Shown: positions 1 through 11,330, numbered from the stretch's first letter. The stretch: DNA of 20,000 bases from Chiloscyllium plagiosum (GCF_004010195.1 NC_057751.1:19537358-19557357); one strand, 5' to 3'. The notes: generated by a model from the letters alone, not told the origin. Numbers and translations are program-made.

Positions 1-790
1 AAAAAGTGCTTCTAATAGTGCAAAGATAGGTCAGAAGATTGGACAGAATATAAAAACCAGATTAAATAAGGAGGGAAAAATCTGAGTACGAGGGAAAGTT
101 AGCCAAAAATATAAAAACAGGAAATGTTTCTTCAGATATTTAGAAAATAATTAACAAAGTAGTGTTGGTCCTACAGAAAATGAGTCTGGGAAATTATCAA
201 TGAACGGAGAGATGGCGGACAAATTGAACCAGTTATTTTGCATCAGTCTTTACTCGAGAGAATACAAGTAATGTTCCTGAAATAGTTGTAAATCAGGAAT
301 TGAAGGGGAAGAAGGAACTCAAGAATATTACAATTACCAGGGAAATAGTGCTGAATATGTTGTGAACTTGCAGTTCCAACAAGTCTTAGGGTCCTGATTG
401 ATAGATTTCATCTTAGTCATAAAAGAAGTAGCTAGTGAAATTATTAATGAGTTGAGTTTAGTTTACCAAACCACATTAGATGCAGGGAAAGTTCTTTTAG
501 ATTGGAAAATAGGTAATGTAACTCCTATATTCAAAAAAGGGGGAGACAAAAAGCAGGACACAATAGGCCAGTCAGTTTAATATCTGTCATAGGGAACATA
601 TTAGAAGCTATTATGAGGGATGTTATAACAAGGCACCTGGATAAATTCAAGGCAAGCAGACAGTGTCAACATGGTTTTGTTAAAGAGAATTAATTGATCC
701 TTAACTAATTAATTGGAATTCTTGAACTAACTTGTACTGTAGATAAAGGAGAATGAGTGTATGTGCTAGAGTATCAGGCAGATGCCTCAA
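1..790 (+). mobile_element. Decayed CR1-clade LINE ORF2 fragment (start of RT region)
   Basis: Encodes DWKIGNVTPIFKKG, then after frameshifts RPVSLISVIGNILEAI and QHGF: the CR1 ORF2 signature WKxANVTPIFKKG..NYRPVSL..QHGF. Stops and frameshifts present; runs off the window start. Confidence 0.85.
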
Positions 791-864
791 GGTGCTGCAA
801 GAACAGCGTGGGCCAATCTACCTTGTCCTCAACATACTGAGGGTTCAGAGAGAGGAAGCAGTCG

Positions 865-1365
865 TAGAATTTTGCAGCACTGAGGAAGCTATTTGGTACA
901 TTACCATGTCTACTTTTAAAAAGCTATTCAGTTATTTCTCGTGCCCTTTTAAGTTTGCTTTTTTTAAGTATTTACCTACTTCCTTTGTTTTTAAAGCTTT
1001 ATCAGAACGTGTTCCCACTTAAGACATCAATGCCCTATGAGAATCTTGTTATAAACAAAAATCTCCTAAATGCTCCTACTCACCTCTCTTCCTCCTTTTG
1101 ATGATGATTTTTAAATTGACATGTCTCGTTACCAAATCACCAGTGAAAATGGATTCCAGAGTTGTTTCAGCAAAAGCCCTCGTAAATTTGAACATCATCT
1201 TATTTAAGTCTCCTGCTGCCCTGTTCTATATATTTAAAAAATTGGTTTCTGAGATCTTTCCTAATAACCAAAGCTCCTTATTCCAGGCATCATTTTATTG
1301 AAATCCCTGATGTGCCCTTTCTATGGACAGTACTTAAATGTGTCCAAATCAGTGATTGGTACAGA
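865..1365 (-). mobile_element. Heavily decayed CR1 3' region
   Basis: Patchy resemblance to the reverse-complemented CR1 3' region seen at 5122-6266 and 13789-14400; boundaries approximate. Confidence 0.4.
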
Positions 1366-1407
1366 TCTGACATCACCTCAGAACTGTGACTCTTCCCACT
1401 CCTCCAA

Positions 1408-1540
1408 ATCTGCCCCATCATTCAAAAAAATCATGGCTGGCCTCAACTCTTGTTTTGTACCAGCTCCTTAAAGCCCTCAACCTGATGGGTCAAAATCAGG
1501 AATCAGCCAACTGAATCTTGTTTGAACAGCCTCCAAGACC
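1408..1540 (-). mobile_element. CR1 3'-UTR fragment
   Basis: tctgccccatcattcaaaaaaatcatggctgg resembles cctgctctgccattcagtaagataatggctca of the CR1 3' end at ~5167-5198. Confidence 0.4.
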
Positions 1541-2490
1541 CTTGAACCCCACCCTTCCAACCACAACAAGGACAGAACCCCCAAGTCCTCACCTTCCACC
1601 CCACCAACCTCTAGAAAAATCACATCATCCTCTGCCACTTCCACCAGCTACAAACAGACCCCACCTCCAGAGATAATTTCCCTCCCCACCCCTATAAGCA
1701 TTTTGGAAAGACTCCATTCCTGCTGCGACTCCCTTGTCAGATCCATGACCCCACCAGCCCTCATTCCACTCCCGGCACCCTTCCCTGCCACCACAGAAAG
1801 TGCAACATCTGTGCCCACACCTACCCCCCTCACCTTCGTCCAAAGGATCCTTTCACATTCAACAGAAATTTACCTGTACCTCCACTAATGTCATCTACTG
1901 TATTTGTCGCATCTGATGTGGTCTCCTCTACATTGGGGAGACAGGACTTCAACGTGTGGATCGTTTCAGAGAACATCTCTGGGACAGCCGCACCAACCAG
2001 CCTGACCACCCTGTGGCTGAACACTTTGACTCCCCCTTCCATTCCATCAAGTACATGCAGGTCCTGAGCCTCCTCCATCGCCAAACACTAACCACCCGAA
2101 GCCTGGAGGAGGAACGCCTCATATTCCGCCTTGGGACCCCGCAACCACATGGAATCAATGTGGATTTCAACAGTTGCCTCATTCCCCCCCCATTCCCAGT
2201 TTCAAGCCTCCAACTCTACACCACTCTCTTGAGCTGTCCATCACCTTTCCCATCTATCCCCTCCACCCCTTCTCCAACCTATCACCTTCTTCCTCACCTT
2301 CATCTACTTATTGCATTCTCAGCTACCTTCCCTCCAGCTCCACCCTGTCCCATTTATCTCTCAGCACCCACCTCCCATCCCAACCCACAAGCCTCATTCC
2401 TGATGAAGGGTTTACGCCCGAAACATCGATTCTCCTGCTTTTCGGATGCTGCCTGACCTGCTGTTCTTTCCCAGCACCACACTCTTGACT
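1538..2490 (+). mobile_element. 5'-truncated Penelope-like element (Neptune-type): Cys linker, GIY-YIG endonuclease, pyrimidine-rich 3' UTR, terminal repeat with HHR
   Basis: CHHRKCNIC at 1786-1812. VIYCICRI*CGLLYIGETG at 1890-1946 is in frame with ORF 1956 (DRFREHL..PVAEHF..EEERLIFRLGTPQPHGINVDF), a PLE GIY-YIG domain. In-frame TGA at 1914 and frameshifts indicate an inactive copy. Confidence 0.9.
2395..2432 (+). ncRNA. Minimal type-I hammerhead ribozyme motif in the PLE terminal repeat (degenerate)
   Basis: CTGATGA (2400-2406), extra A, stem II GGGT/GCCC (2408-2419), GAAA (2420-2423), then CATC (other copies here have CGTC or CGTT). Helix I is weak. PLE terminal repeats are known to carry such minimal HHRs. 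Confidence 0.7.
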
Positions 2491-2856
2491 GGAATATTGT
2501 GTGCAGTTTTGGGCCCCATATCTCAGGAAGGGTGTATTGGCCCCAGAGCAGGTTCAGAGGAAGTTCACGAGAATATTGCCAGGAATGAAAAGCTTAACAT
2601 ATGAGGAATGTTTGAGAACTCTGGGTTTATACTCGACGGAGTTTATAAGGATAATTGAAACATGCAGAATACTGAATGGCCGAGACAGAGTGGATGTGGG
2701 GAAGATGTTTCCATTGGTAGGAGAGACTAGGACCGAGGGTATAGCTTTAGAGTAAAGGTAAGGTCTTTTAGAATGGAGATAAAGAGAAACTTCTTCAGCC
2801 AGAGAGTGGTGAATCTATGGAATTCACTGCCACAGAAGGCTGTGGAGACCAGGTCA
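2489..2856 (+). mobile_element. CR1 LINE ORF2 C-terminal fragment
   Basis: EYCVQFWAPYLRK..EQVQRKFTRILPGMKSLTYEECL..LGLYS..NFFSQRVVNLWNSLP, homologous to ORF 13920-14591. Confidence 0.9.
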
Positions 2857-2989
2857 TCAAACTCTCCCAGGGAAAGGTACAGAATGGGATTAGATACAGA
2901 GTAAAGCGCTCTCTACACTGTTCCCCCCCCAATCAAACACTCCCAGGGACAGCATGGGGTTAGATAAAGAGTAAAGCTCTCCGTATACT
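2856..2989. repeat. Two degenerate copies of a ~70-bp unit (atcaaacactcccaggg..ttagatacagagtaaagc..ctacact)
   Basis: Units start at 2856 and 2932; the direct repeat is visible in the sequence. It resembles a tandem repeat I recall as common in shark genomes (not verified). Confidence 0.65.
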
Positions 2990-3045
2990 AACTCAGATTG
3001 CACCAAGATTTTCAAAGGTACTTTGGGAAAAAATCTGCCTGTTCT

Positions 3046-3373
3046 GATTAGATGAGATTAGATTACTTAGTGTGGAAACGGGCCCTTCGGCCCAGCTAGT
3101 CCACACCGACCCTCCGAAGAGCAACCTACCCAGACCCATTCCTCTACATTTAGCCCTTCACCTAACACTACGGGCAATTTAGCATGGCCAATTCACCTAA
3201 CCTGCACATTTGTTTTTGGATTGTAGGAGGAAACCGGAGCACCCAGAGGAAACCCACGCAGACACGGGGAGAATGTGTAAACTCCACATAGACAGTCGCC
3301 TGAGGCGGGAATTGAACCTAGGTTTCTGGCGCTGTGAGGCAGCAGTGCTAACCACTGTGTCACCGTATCGCCC
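3046..3373 (-). mobile_element. Full-length HE1 SINE (tRNA-derived V-SINE)
   Basis: Reverse complement aligns end to end with 5497-5816: tRNA-like head, V-domain, CR1-like tail with (TAATC)n. Confidence 0.93.
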
Positions 3374-3375
3374 AT

Positions 3376-3526
3376 TTAGATTAAATTCCCTACAGTGTGG
3401 AAACAGGCCCTTCGGCCCAACCAGTCCACACCGACTCTCTGAAGAGTAACCCAGACCCATTTCCCTCTGACTAATGCACCTAACACTATGGACAATTTAG
3501 CATGGTTAATTCACCTAACCTGCACA
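3376..3526 (-). mobile_element. 5'-truncated HE1 SINE (different subfamily variant)
   Basis: Tail and 3' body only; carries the variant atttccctctgactaatgcac. Confidence 0.85.
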
Positions 3527-3580
3527 ATTGAAATGATAGGAAGGTAAAGAGCATAGGAAGGAAATTGGAACAGTGGTATC

Positions 3581-3692
3581 GTGCATTAGTCAGAGGGAAA
3601 TAGGACTGGGCGGGGTTACTCTTCGGAGGGTCGGTGTGGACTTGTTGGGCCGAAGGGCCTGTTTCCACACTCGGTAATCTAATCTAATCTAA
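3581..3692 (+). mobile_element. 5'-truncated HE1 SINE
   Basis: gtgcattagtcagagggaaat..gaagggcctgtttccacact..taatctaatctaatc; inverted relative to 3376-3526 and has the same variant. Confidence 0.85.
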
Positions 3693-3919
3693 CAGGTGTA
3701 TGTAAACTGTGCACATAATGATACATTTTAAGAATCAATTTTTTTTATTGTATCTGATCAGGCTCAACTGACCTGCAGCTAACATTTGCATATGTAATTG
3801 ACTTAATAGAATGAAAGCTGTGTACATTGACTAATGCCAATAAGGGGTGGTTCATATATAAATTGGTTCTCCCAAGTGTTCCACTTGTCTCACTGAGCAG
3901 GATACCATCACGATGAGCA

Positions 3920-4106
3920 TCATTGACAACCGCTGCATCTCTGTTTGGGGTTGAAGGCAATGTTCAGACAGCTGTCTTCCATCTGACGCTCCATGGGTGT
4001 TGGTCTTTCTTTGTCTCTCTGCCCCCATGCCTCCCTCCCCCTCCATGACAGCAGTGCTACTGCCTGTTGCTCTGACTCATTTCTGGATTGCGAGTCATCG
4101 TTCATA
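3920..4106 (-). CDS. Candidate terminal coding exon, unknown product
   Basis: Acceptor aatttttAG (4107-4108); open frame MNDDSQSRNE..KQRCSGCQ*; AATAAA on the minus strand at 3744-3749; non-repetitive sequence. No homology recognised. Confidence 0.3.
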
Positions 4107-5496
4107 CTAAAAATTGACTTGAATTGAGGAAACTTCCCTTTCTAACAGCTTTTTTTAAAAAAAATGTGTTATTTCTTGTGTGGTTTCAAATCCCTTTTGT
4201 CATCTTCATTTTCTTTCCTTCATAAATATTTCTAGGCTGCACATCTGCTATTGACATGCTGTCCCCTGTAATGCTGCTCAGAGGCTAGGTGTGAGCTATT
4301 GTACAAAATGCTGCCTGCTGTTTGGGGAGGGAGCTTGGCAATACCATTTGTCCTGTGACCAAGTACAGGAACTCTGCATAACAAAGATTAAACCCTGTGC
4401 CCCACCTAAATTTCATGAACTAGAACTGGCCAGATCTACAAAGCACCATCATTCACAGACAATAAATGGAAAAGCCCATATCTCATTTTGTATTTTAGTA
4501 TTTGCTGAAGCAGTTTACCTGTAAGTACATCAACCTCATTAGCGCAGTGCCCTTATTGCACACACAAAAGGAATCCTATCGTGCTCGTAATTTCCCCTCT
4601 CATTGGTTTTAATTTGCCTCTCTCGTCCTTGCTACCTTACTGTGCTTCCACCAATGGAGGGGGTTCACCAGCACCATGAAAGATCCTTTTCAGTAGAAGT
4701 AATTCTGTATTCTATCTGTTTGTAAAAACCCCAGTTATGATTATCATCAGATCCTTCTGTGCTAAGATGCTAAGTTGTCTTGTTCCGACTACTGCAGGGC
4801 TCTATTAACAGCGAATGGTGGATTAAAAGGAGCAAGAGTTAGTTTTAGATTTATTAATATTGGCAGAGGTTGACTAGAGAGTATAGCTTTCCAATCGAAG
4901 CAGTATGCCATTACAGTATCCAAACTGTGTGATATCTCGGAATGTATTACAAAAGCTCACCTTTTTCGACATGACAGCAACGCTGTGTGTTTATTAACAT
5001 CAACTGAGATGGGTTCCTGGCAGAAATGTGTGCTTCTGTATAAGGTACACTTCCTCCAACCTGTTTGCCGTTTTCTTTTGTATGTTAATGGTGGTCAAAC
5101 CACTTGTCAAACAAAAACACATGAATTATGAATTAGGAGCAGGAGTAGGCCGTTCGGCCTCTGAAGCCTGCTCTGCCATTCAGTAAGATAATGGCTCATC
5201 TGTTTGTATCAAATTCCGCATTCCCATCTACATCCAATAACTCTTTGATTCCTCTGTTAGACAAGGGTCTGTCCATTTCCGCATTAAATGTATATTCAAT
5301 GAACCACTTCCACTGCCTTCTGAGACAGAGTTCCAAAGTCTCTCAGCCCTCTGAGGAAACAAAAGTTCTCTTCATGCCCTGTCCTGAAAGGGTATCCCCT
5401 AATTTTAAGAGTACCCCCTTCTGGACTCACTCACAAGAGCCAACACTATTTCCACATCCATCTTGTCCAGACCAGGCAGCATCTGGCGGCAGTTGT

Positions 5497-5816
5497 GGGC
5501 GGCACGGTGGCACAGTGGTTAGCACTGCTGCCTCACAGCGCCAGAGACCCGGGTTCAATTCCCGCCTCAGGCGACTGACTGTGTGGAGTTTGCACGTTCT
5601 CCCCGTGTCTGTGTGGGTTTCCTCCGGGTGCTCCGGTTTCCTCCCACAGTCCAAAGATGTGCAGGTCAGGTGAATTGGCCATGCTAAATTGCCTGTAGTG
5701 TTAGGTAAGGGGTAAATGTAGGGGTATGGGTGGGTTGCGCTTCGGCGGGGCGGTGTGGACTTGTTGGGCCGAAGGGCCTGTTTCCACACTGTAAGTAATC
5801 TAATCTAATCTAATCT
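5497..5816 (+). mobile_element. Full-length HE1 SINE
   Basis: Pol III A box TGGCACAGTGG 5508-5518, B box GGTTCAATTCC 5552-5562, V-domain (tgtgtggagtttgcacgttctccccgtgtc..tccggtttcctcccac), (TAATC)n tail. Confidence 0.95.
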
Positions 5817-6268
5817 TATACACTTAGTGAAGTCATCCATCACCCTTCAAAACTCCAGTGGAATCAAGTCCAGACTGTCCAACCTTTCCTTATAAGGCAA
5901 CCTGCTAATTCCAGGGACCAATCCAGTAAACTTCCACTGAATCACCTCTAATACATTTCCATCCTTCCTTTTAAACAAGGCGACCAGAACTACGTGCACT
6001 ATTCAGGATGTGTTCTCACCAAGGTTTTGTGTAACTGAAGCATAACATCCTCACTTTTATTTTCAATTCCTCTCTTAATAAAAGCTAGCATCCCATTAGC
6101 CTTCCTGATTTTGTGTTGTCAGTGCAGATTAATTTCCTGTGACTCATGCACTAGGACACCTCAATCCCTCTGCCCCTGAGAATTCTGCACTCCTTCTCCA
6201 TTTAAGTAATACTCTACTTTTTTTATTCTTCCTGCCAAAGTGAATACATTGGCCTTTTCCCACTCCAT

Positions 6269-6735
6269 CGTGAGATTGCACAAAATGTTGGTGAGGCCTC
6301 GTCTGGCTTACTGTGTGTAATTCTGGTTGCCCTGTTATGTGGAGAGTGTTGAGAAGAGATTTACCACAATGTTTCTGGGATTGGGAGGTTTGAGATATAA
6401 GAATAGATGGAAAGGCTGGGACTTATTCATTGGAATGTAGGAGGTTGAGGGGTGACCTTAATGAGGTTTATAGAATCATAAGGGGCATAGATAAGGTGAA
6501 TGACAAGGGTCTTTTCCTGAGGGTGGCTGAGTTCAAAGCTAGAGAGGCATATTTTTAAAGATGAGCAGGATTTAAAAAGGACATGAGAGGCAACTTCTTT
6601 TACACAATGAGTGGTTCATGTGTGGAATGAACTGCCAGAGAAAGTGGTGGATGCAGGTACAGTTACAACTTTTAAAAAGCATTTGGATAAGTTCATGAAT
6701 AGGCAAGGTTTGGTGGGATATGGGCCAGGAGCAGA
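6269..6735 (+). mobile_element. CR1 LINE 3' fragment
   Basis: LVRPRLAYCV*FW..RRLRGDLNEVYRIIRGIDKV..VWNELPEKVVDAGTVTTFKKHLD; decayed. Confidence 0.88.
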
Positions 6736-6738
6736 ATA

Positions 6739-7401
6739 CTTCCAACGGGCTTCAAGGCCTTTACCATCGTTCGCGTGCTGAAGAAATCTTCAGCGTCCTG
6801 CCTGAATGATTCCACCCTGTTATGCTAACACTCCTCATCTTGAAGTGTTTGGAGAAGCTTGAATTAGGCATATTAAGACCCTGCTGCCCCTCCCCCCCCC
6901 CCCCCCCTCACTGGACACCCTACAGTTCGCATATCGTCCCAACCACTCAACCGATGATGCCATTTCCACCACCCTCCCTCTGGCCCTCACCCACCTGGAG
7001 AACAAGGACACTGTCCGATTACTGTTCAAAGTGTTGAATGCAGAGCTGAAATCTATCATTCCTCAGCAGAGTTGGCTGAGCTTGAATAGCTCCCTCTGTA
7101 ACTGGCCCCTGGACTTCTTGACTGGGGGACCTGAGTCAGTCCGGATTGGGAACAGCATCTCCAACATCATCACACTGAGCACGCAGGCCTCCAGGGCTGT
7201 GTGCTCAGTCCACTACTGTTCACCCTGCTGACACATGACTGTGCAGTGATGCACAGCTCAAATCACATCATCAAGATCGCTGATGATATGACGGTAGTGG
7301 GTCTCATCAGCATGAACAATGAGTCAGCATACAGAGAGGAGGTGCAGCAGCTAACGGACTGGTGGAGAGCCAACAACCTGTCTCTGAACGTAGCTAAAAC
7401 G
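6739..7401 (+). mobile_element. Rex1/Babar-clade non-LTR retrotransposon RT fragment
   Basis: [90 protein letters not shown]: characteristic Rex1/Babar motifs, frameshifted. Confidence 0.88.
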
Positions 7402-7978
7402 CTGTATGATTCTAAGGTTCTGTCAGACTTTGGCCCATTCACTTAACCTATCCCTAGCTCTCTGCATTCTTTCAATGTCATCCTCACAAAAACCTGACAA
7501 AGTTTCAATTATCAGGCCTCCTGTTTTCAATCTGAATCTGAGATCTGGTCTGAAAATCTTCTATCATCCTGTGACTGTCAGCAATCAGATCTTGTTGACA
7601 GGAAATTGAAGGAACTGTGAGAAGTCAACCTATTCTATCCGATGGATTTGAAACCTTGACCACCAGGAGTGTTTTATTTTGCTTTTTTAGGAAGCCTGTG
7701 ACATCTCTGCAGGGTTGTAGTATCTCATAGTCCGTGGAGAAATGTGTATATTGAGATTAAGTGGATTTGGTTCAAGTCGACACAGTAGTGTACTCTGCCA
7801 CTTCTTTAAAGAATAAAAAAAAATTTGTATATAATAGACAAGTTGCTTTTGAGTATATTGAAATAACCTACTGAAGCTTTTTTCTAGATAAATAAAGATA
7901 AATAAATTGGCCATTTTGGACATTGCAACACGTACCAATAGTGTAAATGTTCCAGAGTAGTGGAGCTTCATTATCAGT

Positions 7979-8175
7979 CTAGATTAGTGTGGTGCTGGAA
8001 AAGCACAGCAGGGCAGGCAGCATCCGAGGAGCAGGAAAATTGACGTTTCGGGCAAAAGTCCTTCATCAGGCTTTTGCCCAAAACGTCGATATTCCTGCTC
8101 CTCGGATGCTTCCTGCTCTTCTGTGCTTTTCCAGCACCACTCTAATCTCAAGCATCTGCAGTCCCCACTTCTGCT
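7979..8175. mobile_element. PLE-derived fold-back element E1 with HHR core at its apex and 16-bp TSD
   Basis: Inverted arms 7981-8062 and 8068-8148, loop TCATC 8063-8067, tail 8149-8175. Flanked by exact GAGCTTCATTATCAGT at 7963-7978 and 8176-8191. Arms are homologous to 2399-2490. Confidence 0.9.
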
Positions 8176-8899
8176 GAGCTTCATTATCAGTACACTCTTC
8201 CTGGCAGAATCAGAATACTAGTTACTTCTTGGCGATGACAACTGAAGCTGATAATGTCTTCACCCAATTACACACATTCACCTTTCAGTAGAGATTTTGG
8301 TAACTTGTTAGGAGCTGTGCTGTGCTGGCTGTCAGTGCAGTCAAATCTATCCCATTTTTCTTACCTCTGCCTAAAAATGCAGGGGTCAATTGTAACACGC
8401 TGCTTGAGATCAGCGAACCTGTATCTCAGAGTTTTGTGTGGTTTAGCCCCACACACAAGGCCTTTATCCATTCAGCCTCATGGACAGTTCAGTCTCTGTA
8501 TGTTTTAATGCTCGCTATTTGAAAATGAACTGACTCAGACTCATGATCTCTGGTAACAGTGAATATATTTTAATGGAATGAACCTTGCCCAGGCACAAGG
8601 AGACAACCAGAAATAAATTCTAAAATATACTTTAATGCATAATATTTATTTTATGTGCAAATAGTGTACGTTATAAAACTAATCTTCCACATACATACAG
8701 AGATTTGCACCTTATATAGACTAACAGAGATCCCTCACTACAGGGGTTGCAGGTATGATAGTCCACATTATAAGACTGCTGCCATTGACCCTTTATATTC
8801 CAAAGCAAATTCTGCATTTGGACGTTAAGCTAAATTCTATCAAAGCCATCATGTTTTTCTTTGGCTACAGTTATTGACAGCTTGGCTAATATTTATGTG

Positions 8900-9040
8900 T
8901 GTATCAACATTGCTAAAATGATCTGGTCATTTTATCTCATTATTGTTTGTAGGAGCTTGCTGTATGCAAATTGGCAGCATGTCGTATGTTGCTATAATGA
9001 CTACACTTCAATAATAATACTAGAGAATTCCAAGGGTTGT
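8900..9040 (+). mobile_element. Deu-domain SINE fragment (SacSINE1/AmnSINE1-like)
   Basis: tgtttgtaggagcttgctgtatgcaaattggcagc..atgactacacttcaa; homologous to 12895-13076 and 15503-15640. Confidence 0.65.
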
Positions 9041-9210
9041 GAAGCTTTGGATTTCCCTCTCCCAGAGGATTGTGGCTACTCCATTGTTGTCATGGATTCA
9101 GGGGAGAGAAAGTGGAGTTACGGCTGATGATCAGCCATCATTGTACCAAATGGTGAAGCAGTCCCAAGGAAAGTATGGACTGCTCTTGCTTCTATTTTTT
9201 TTATGCTCCT
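9039..9210 (+). mobile_element. Decayed CR1 3' end
   Basis: gatcagccatcattgtaccaaatggtgaagcag..atggactgctcttgcttctattt resembles the reverse complement of the CR1 terminus at 5122-5200. Confidence 0.55.
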
Positions 9211-11330
9211 CAATCTCTACGAAGCACATTGGGATGTGCGGAGGTTCTGAAAGAAATGCCCATCTTTTTGATTTATTTTTAAATGCTTCTACTTGTGTTG
9301 ATTGAGGGCTTATCTATCTTTCCTCACCTTAATGTTGTGCTTTTACAGTTGGTACCATTCATTGCTCTACCTCCAGTTAGGAATGTTAAATAGCAGCCAA
9401 ACATCTTCAGGGGCATTCTGCTGTTTGATGATTCACTCTAGCCAAGCGTCAGTGGGGAATTGCAGGCATGAACCTTAATCTTTTCCTCCTCTACTATACA
9501 ATCAAATAGTAGAATGAAAAGCTGTGCTATAGAGGGCCAACAGCTTTCACTATATCCTTAACTCCCACACCTGCTTTGGGGACAGCTGGCTGGTCTATGT
9601 TGGCTAGCCTTAGTCTCAACTCACTGTTATCAAAACCTTTAACTACAAGCAGATCAAACAAATTACATGGAAAAGAAAAATAGGGTTTTGAACAAAATAT
9701 ATCATCCAAGTACTGAATACTCATATCACTGAAATAATGGTTCTCTCTTCTGGCAGACTTTGGCATGTTTGCTCTCCATTCATGAAGCTTAAATGAGTAT
9801 GTACATGGTAAAAACAAGTTATATTTAACACTGTGTTACAAAAATGAATCAATTCATGCAAACAATGAAACAATGCATTTTAAGGAGGTATGAAATGAAC
9901 CACATTGTGAACCAGTTCTACAGACTGCAAGCTCTCTCTGTATCCAGGCAACTCTCTCCTTTTCCCCCCCTCCTGCCATATCTGACTGCAGCAGTGACTC
10001 CGTGAGAGTGGAGAGCAGAGTGCCTCACCACAGGCTGACGTTTCTATGCTTGGTGCTGTTAATTGCATCCGTTTATTGTTGATTACAGTTTATCTTCATA
10101 TTGGGACCCACAATCTGGCAGTAAGAAGAAGATGGGATGTCAGTGCTATCCATGTTGTCAGTGCAACCAGATGCTGAATTAACTCTAGTCATCCTTGTGC
10201 AGAGTCCTGATCCCTTGTTCCAAACCAGAAGCAATAACATCGTTCTTAAAAATGGCAGTAGTTCAGTGTAACAGCTGGCTTGGCTCTTTGCAGGTATGAA
10301 TCAGGAGCTCCTACATTGTAGTTTTCTTTGGAAGTGCATGGACTTCATAAAAATATGTTTACAAAATTCCTATGTATCAACATAGATACTCATCCCTCTT
10401 TCTCTGCCAAGAAAGTACTTTTGCAAAATACTTTTTCATCTGGACATAAGAGTACATTGGTTGTCCCAATGTGTCTGGCAGCACAGACTTTCTCAATACT
10501 TTCCCAGCCCCCAGGAGTTAGAATGTCCTTGTGGTAGCAAACATACACCATCTGCTCTCATTTGGCTTAGAAAATGCCACACTTAGCTTTCAACTTAGCC
10601 ATGCCAAGGCATCAGTTCATCAAGTGCAGCTCAAGCAGCCAAACCCACATGATATAAGCTAAGGCCCCAGCTGATCTGAGACAATCCAGCAATGTACTTT
10701 TTATCCTGCTGGTCTGTTCAAATGTCTTGGCCTAAATACTCCCAACACATCACCTTTCCCCCATCCCTCCTCTGCAGGAACAAACAGTTGCAGTTGGGCA
10801 TGTTCTGTCATTCATCATTTGTCACTGGCGGTTGGAATCTATCCTAATGGAAACACATTATGGAATCATTTCCAGTGTCATGTAAACATCACACTAGTCT
10901 CTCAGTAAACTCGATTGGGAGATTTAATAAACTACTGCTTCCCCACAATTAAAAAAGAAAGACAAGTTAGGATAAAGCAGAGGTTGAAACAGGTGGAGAA
11001 TGCGATAGCTTTTTATTCTTTGTTTGAATACTGATTGAGTTACAGAGCTTTTGATTTCCACATTGTTAGCTTGGTATCATCGGTAAACAAAAAGTCTCAA
11101 TTTGTTTTTCACGAAATTAATTAATTCAAATAAGGATCTGGAATATTTGTAGACATAAAGCAAACTGAAATCAATGTTCAAGGACACTGAATAATTGCAC
11201 TGTGTAAGCAAGAGACTTAAGTAGACAGGTGATAGTTTTATGTCACTCCATTGTCTGAGCAACAGGTCAACTCCCACCTTTTGAGGGTTGTTTTTGTACA
11301 ACTCACTGTAGTTTCAAACCCATCAGCATC

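Larger units (their letters stand above)
5122..7490 (-). mobile_element. Old CR1 LINE in three pieces (about 5122-5474, 5812-6266, 7419-7490) split by later insertions
   Basis: CR1 3' end at 5122-5200 (ttaggagcaggagtaggcc..). 7419-7490 encodes EDDIERMQR..DRLSEWAKV*Q on the minus strand, which normally directly precedes the sequence ending at ~6266. Confidence 0.75.

Noticed and set aside
1481..1503. Small CCTGAT..ATCAGG hairpin as an inverted PLE terminus
   Set aside because: Only 6-9 bp of match, inside a decayed CR1 3' UTR; likely chance.
5497..5570. tRNA gene (also at the heads near 3300-3373 and 12560-12629)
   Set aside because: The A and B boxes belong to SINE heads that continue into the V-domain and tail.
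6890..6908. Poly-C run / poly-proline ORF
   Set aside because: A simple homopolymer expansion inside the dead Rex1/Babar fragment.
7979..8175. Classical DNA-transposon MITE or miRNA gene
   Set aside because: The arms derive from a PLE terminus, the ends are asymmetric, and 16-bp TSDs do not fit the common cut-and-paste superfamilies.
7984..8184. Short ORFs in the fold-back elements (also 15181-15387) and in HE1 copies
   Set aside because: They recur only because the repeats recur; palindromic sequence gives mirrored ORFs; no coding motifs.
9527..10068. ORFs 9527-9817 and 9880-10068 as exons
   Set aside because: No recognisable homology and no convincing paired splice sites.
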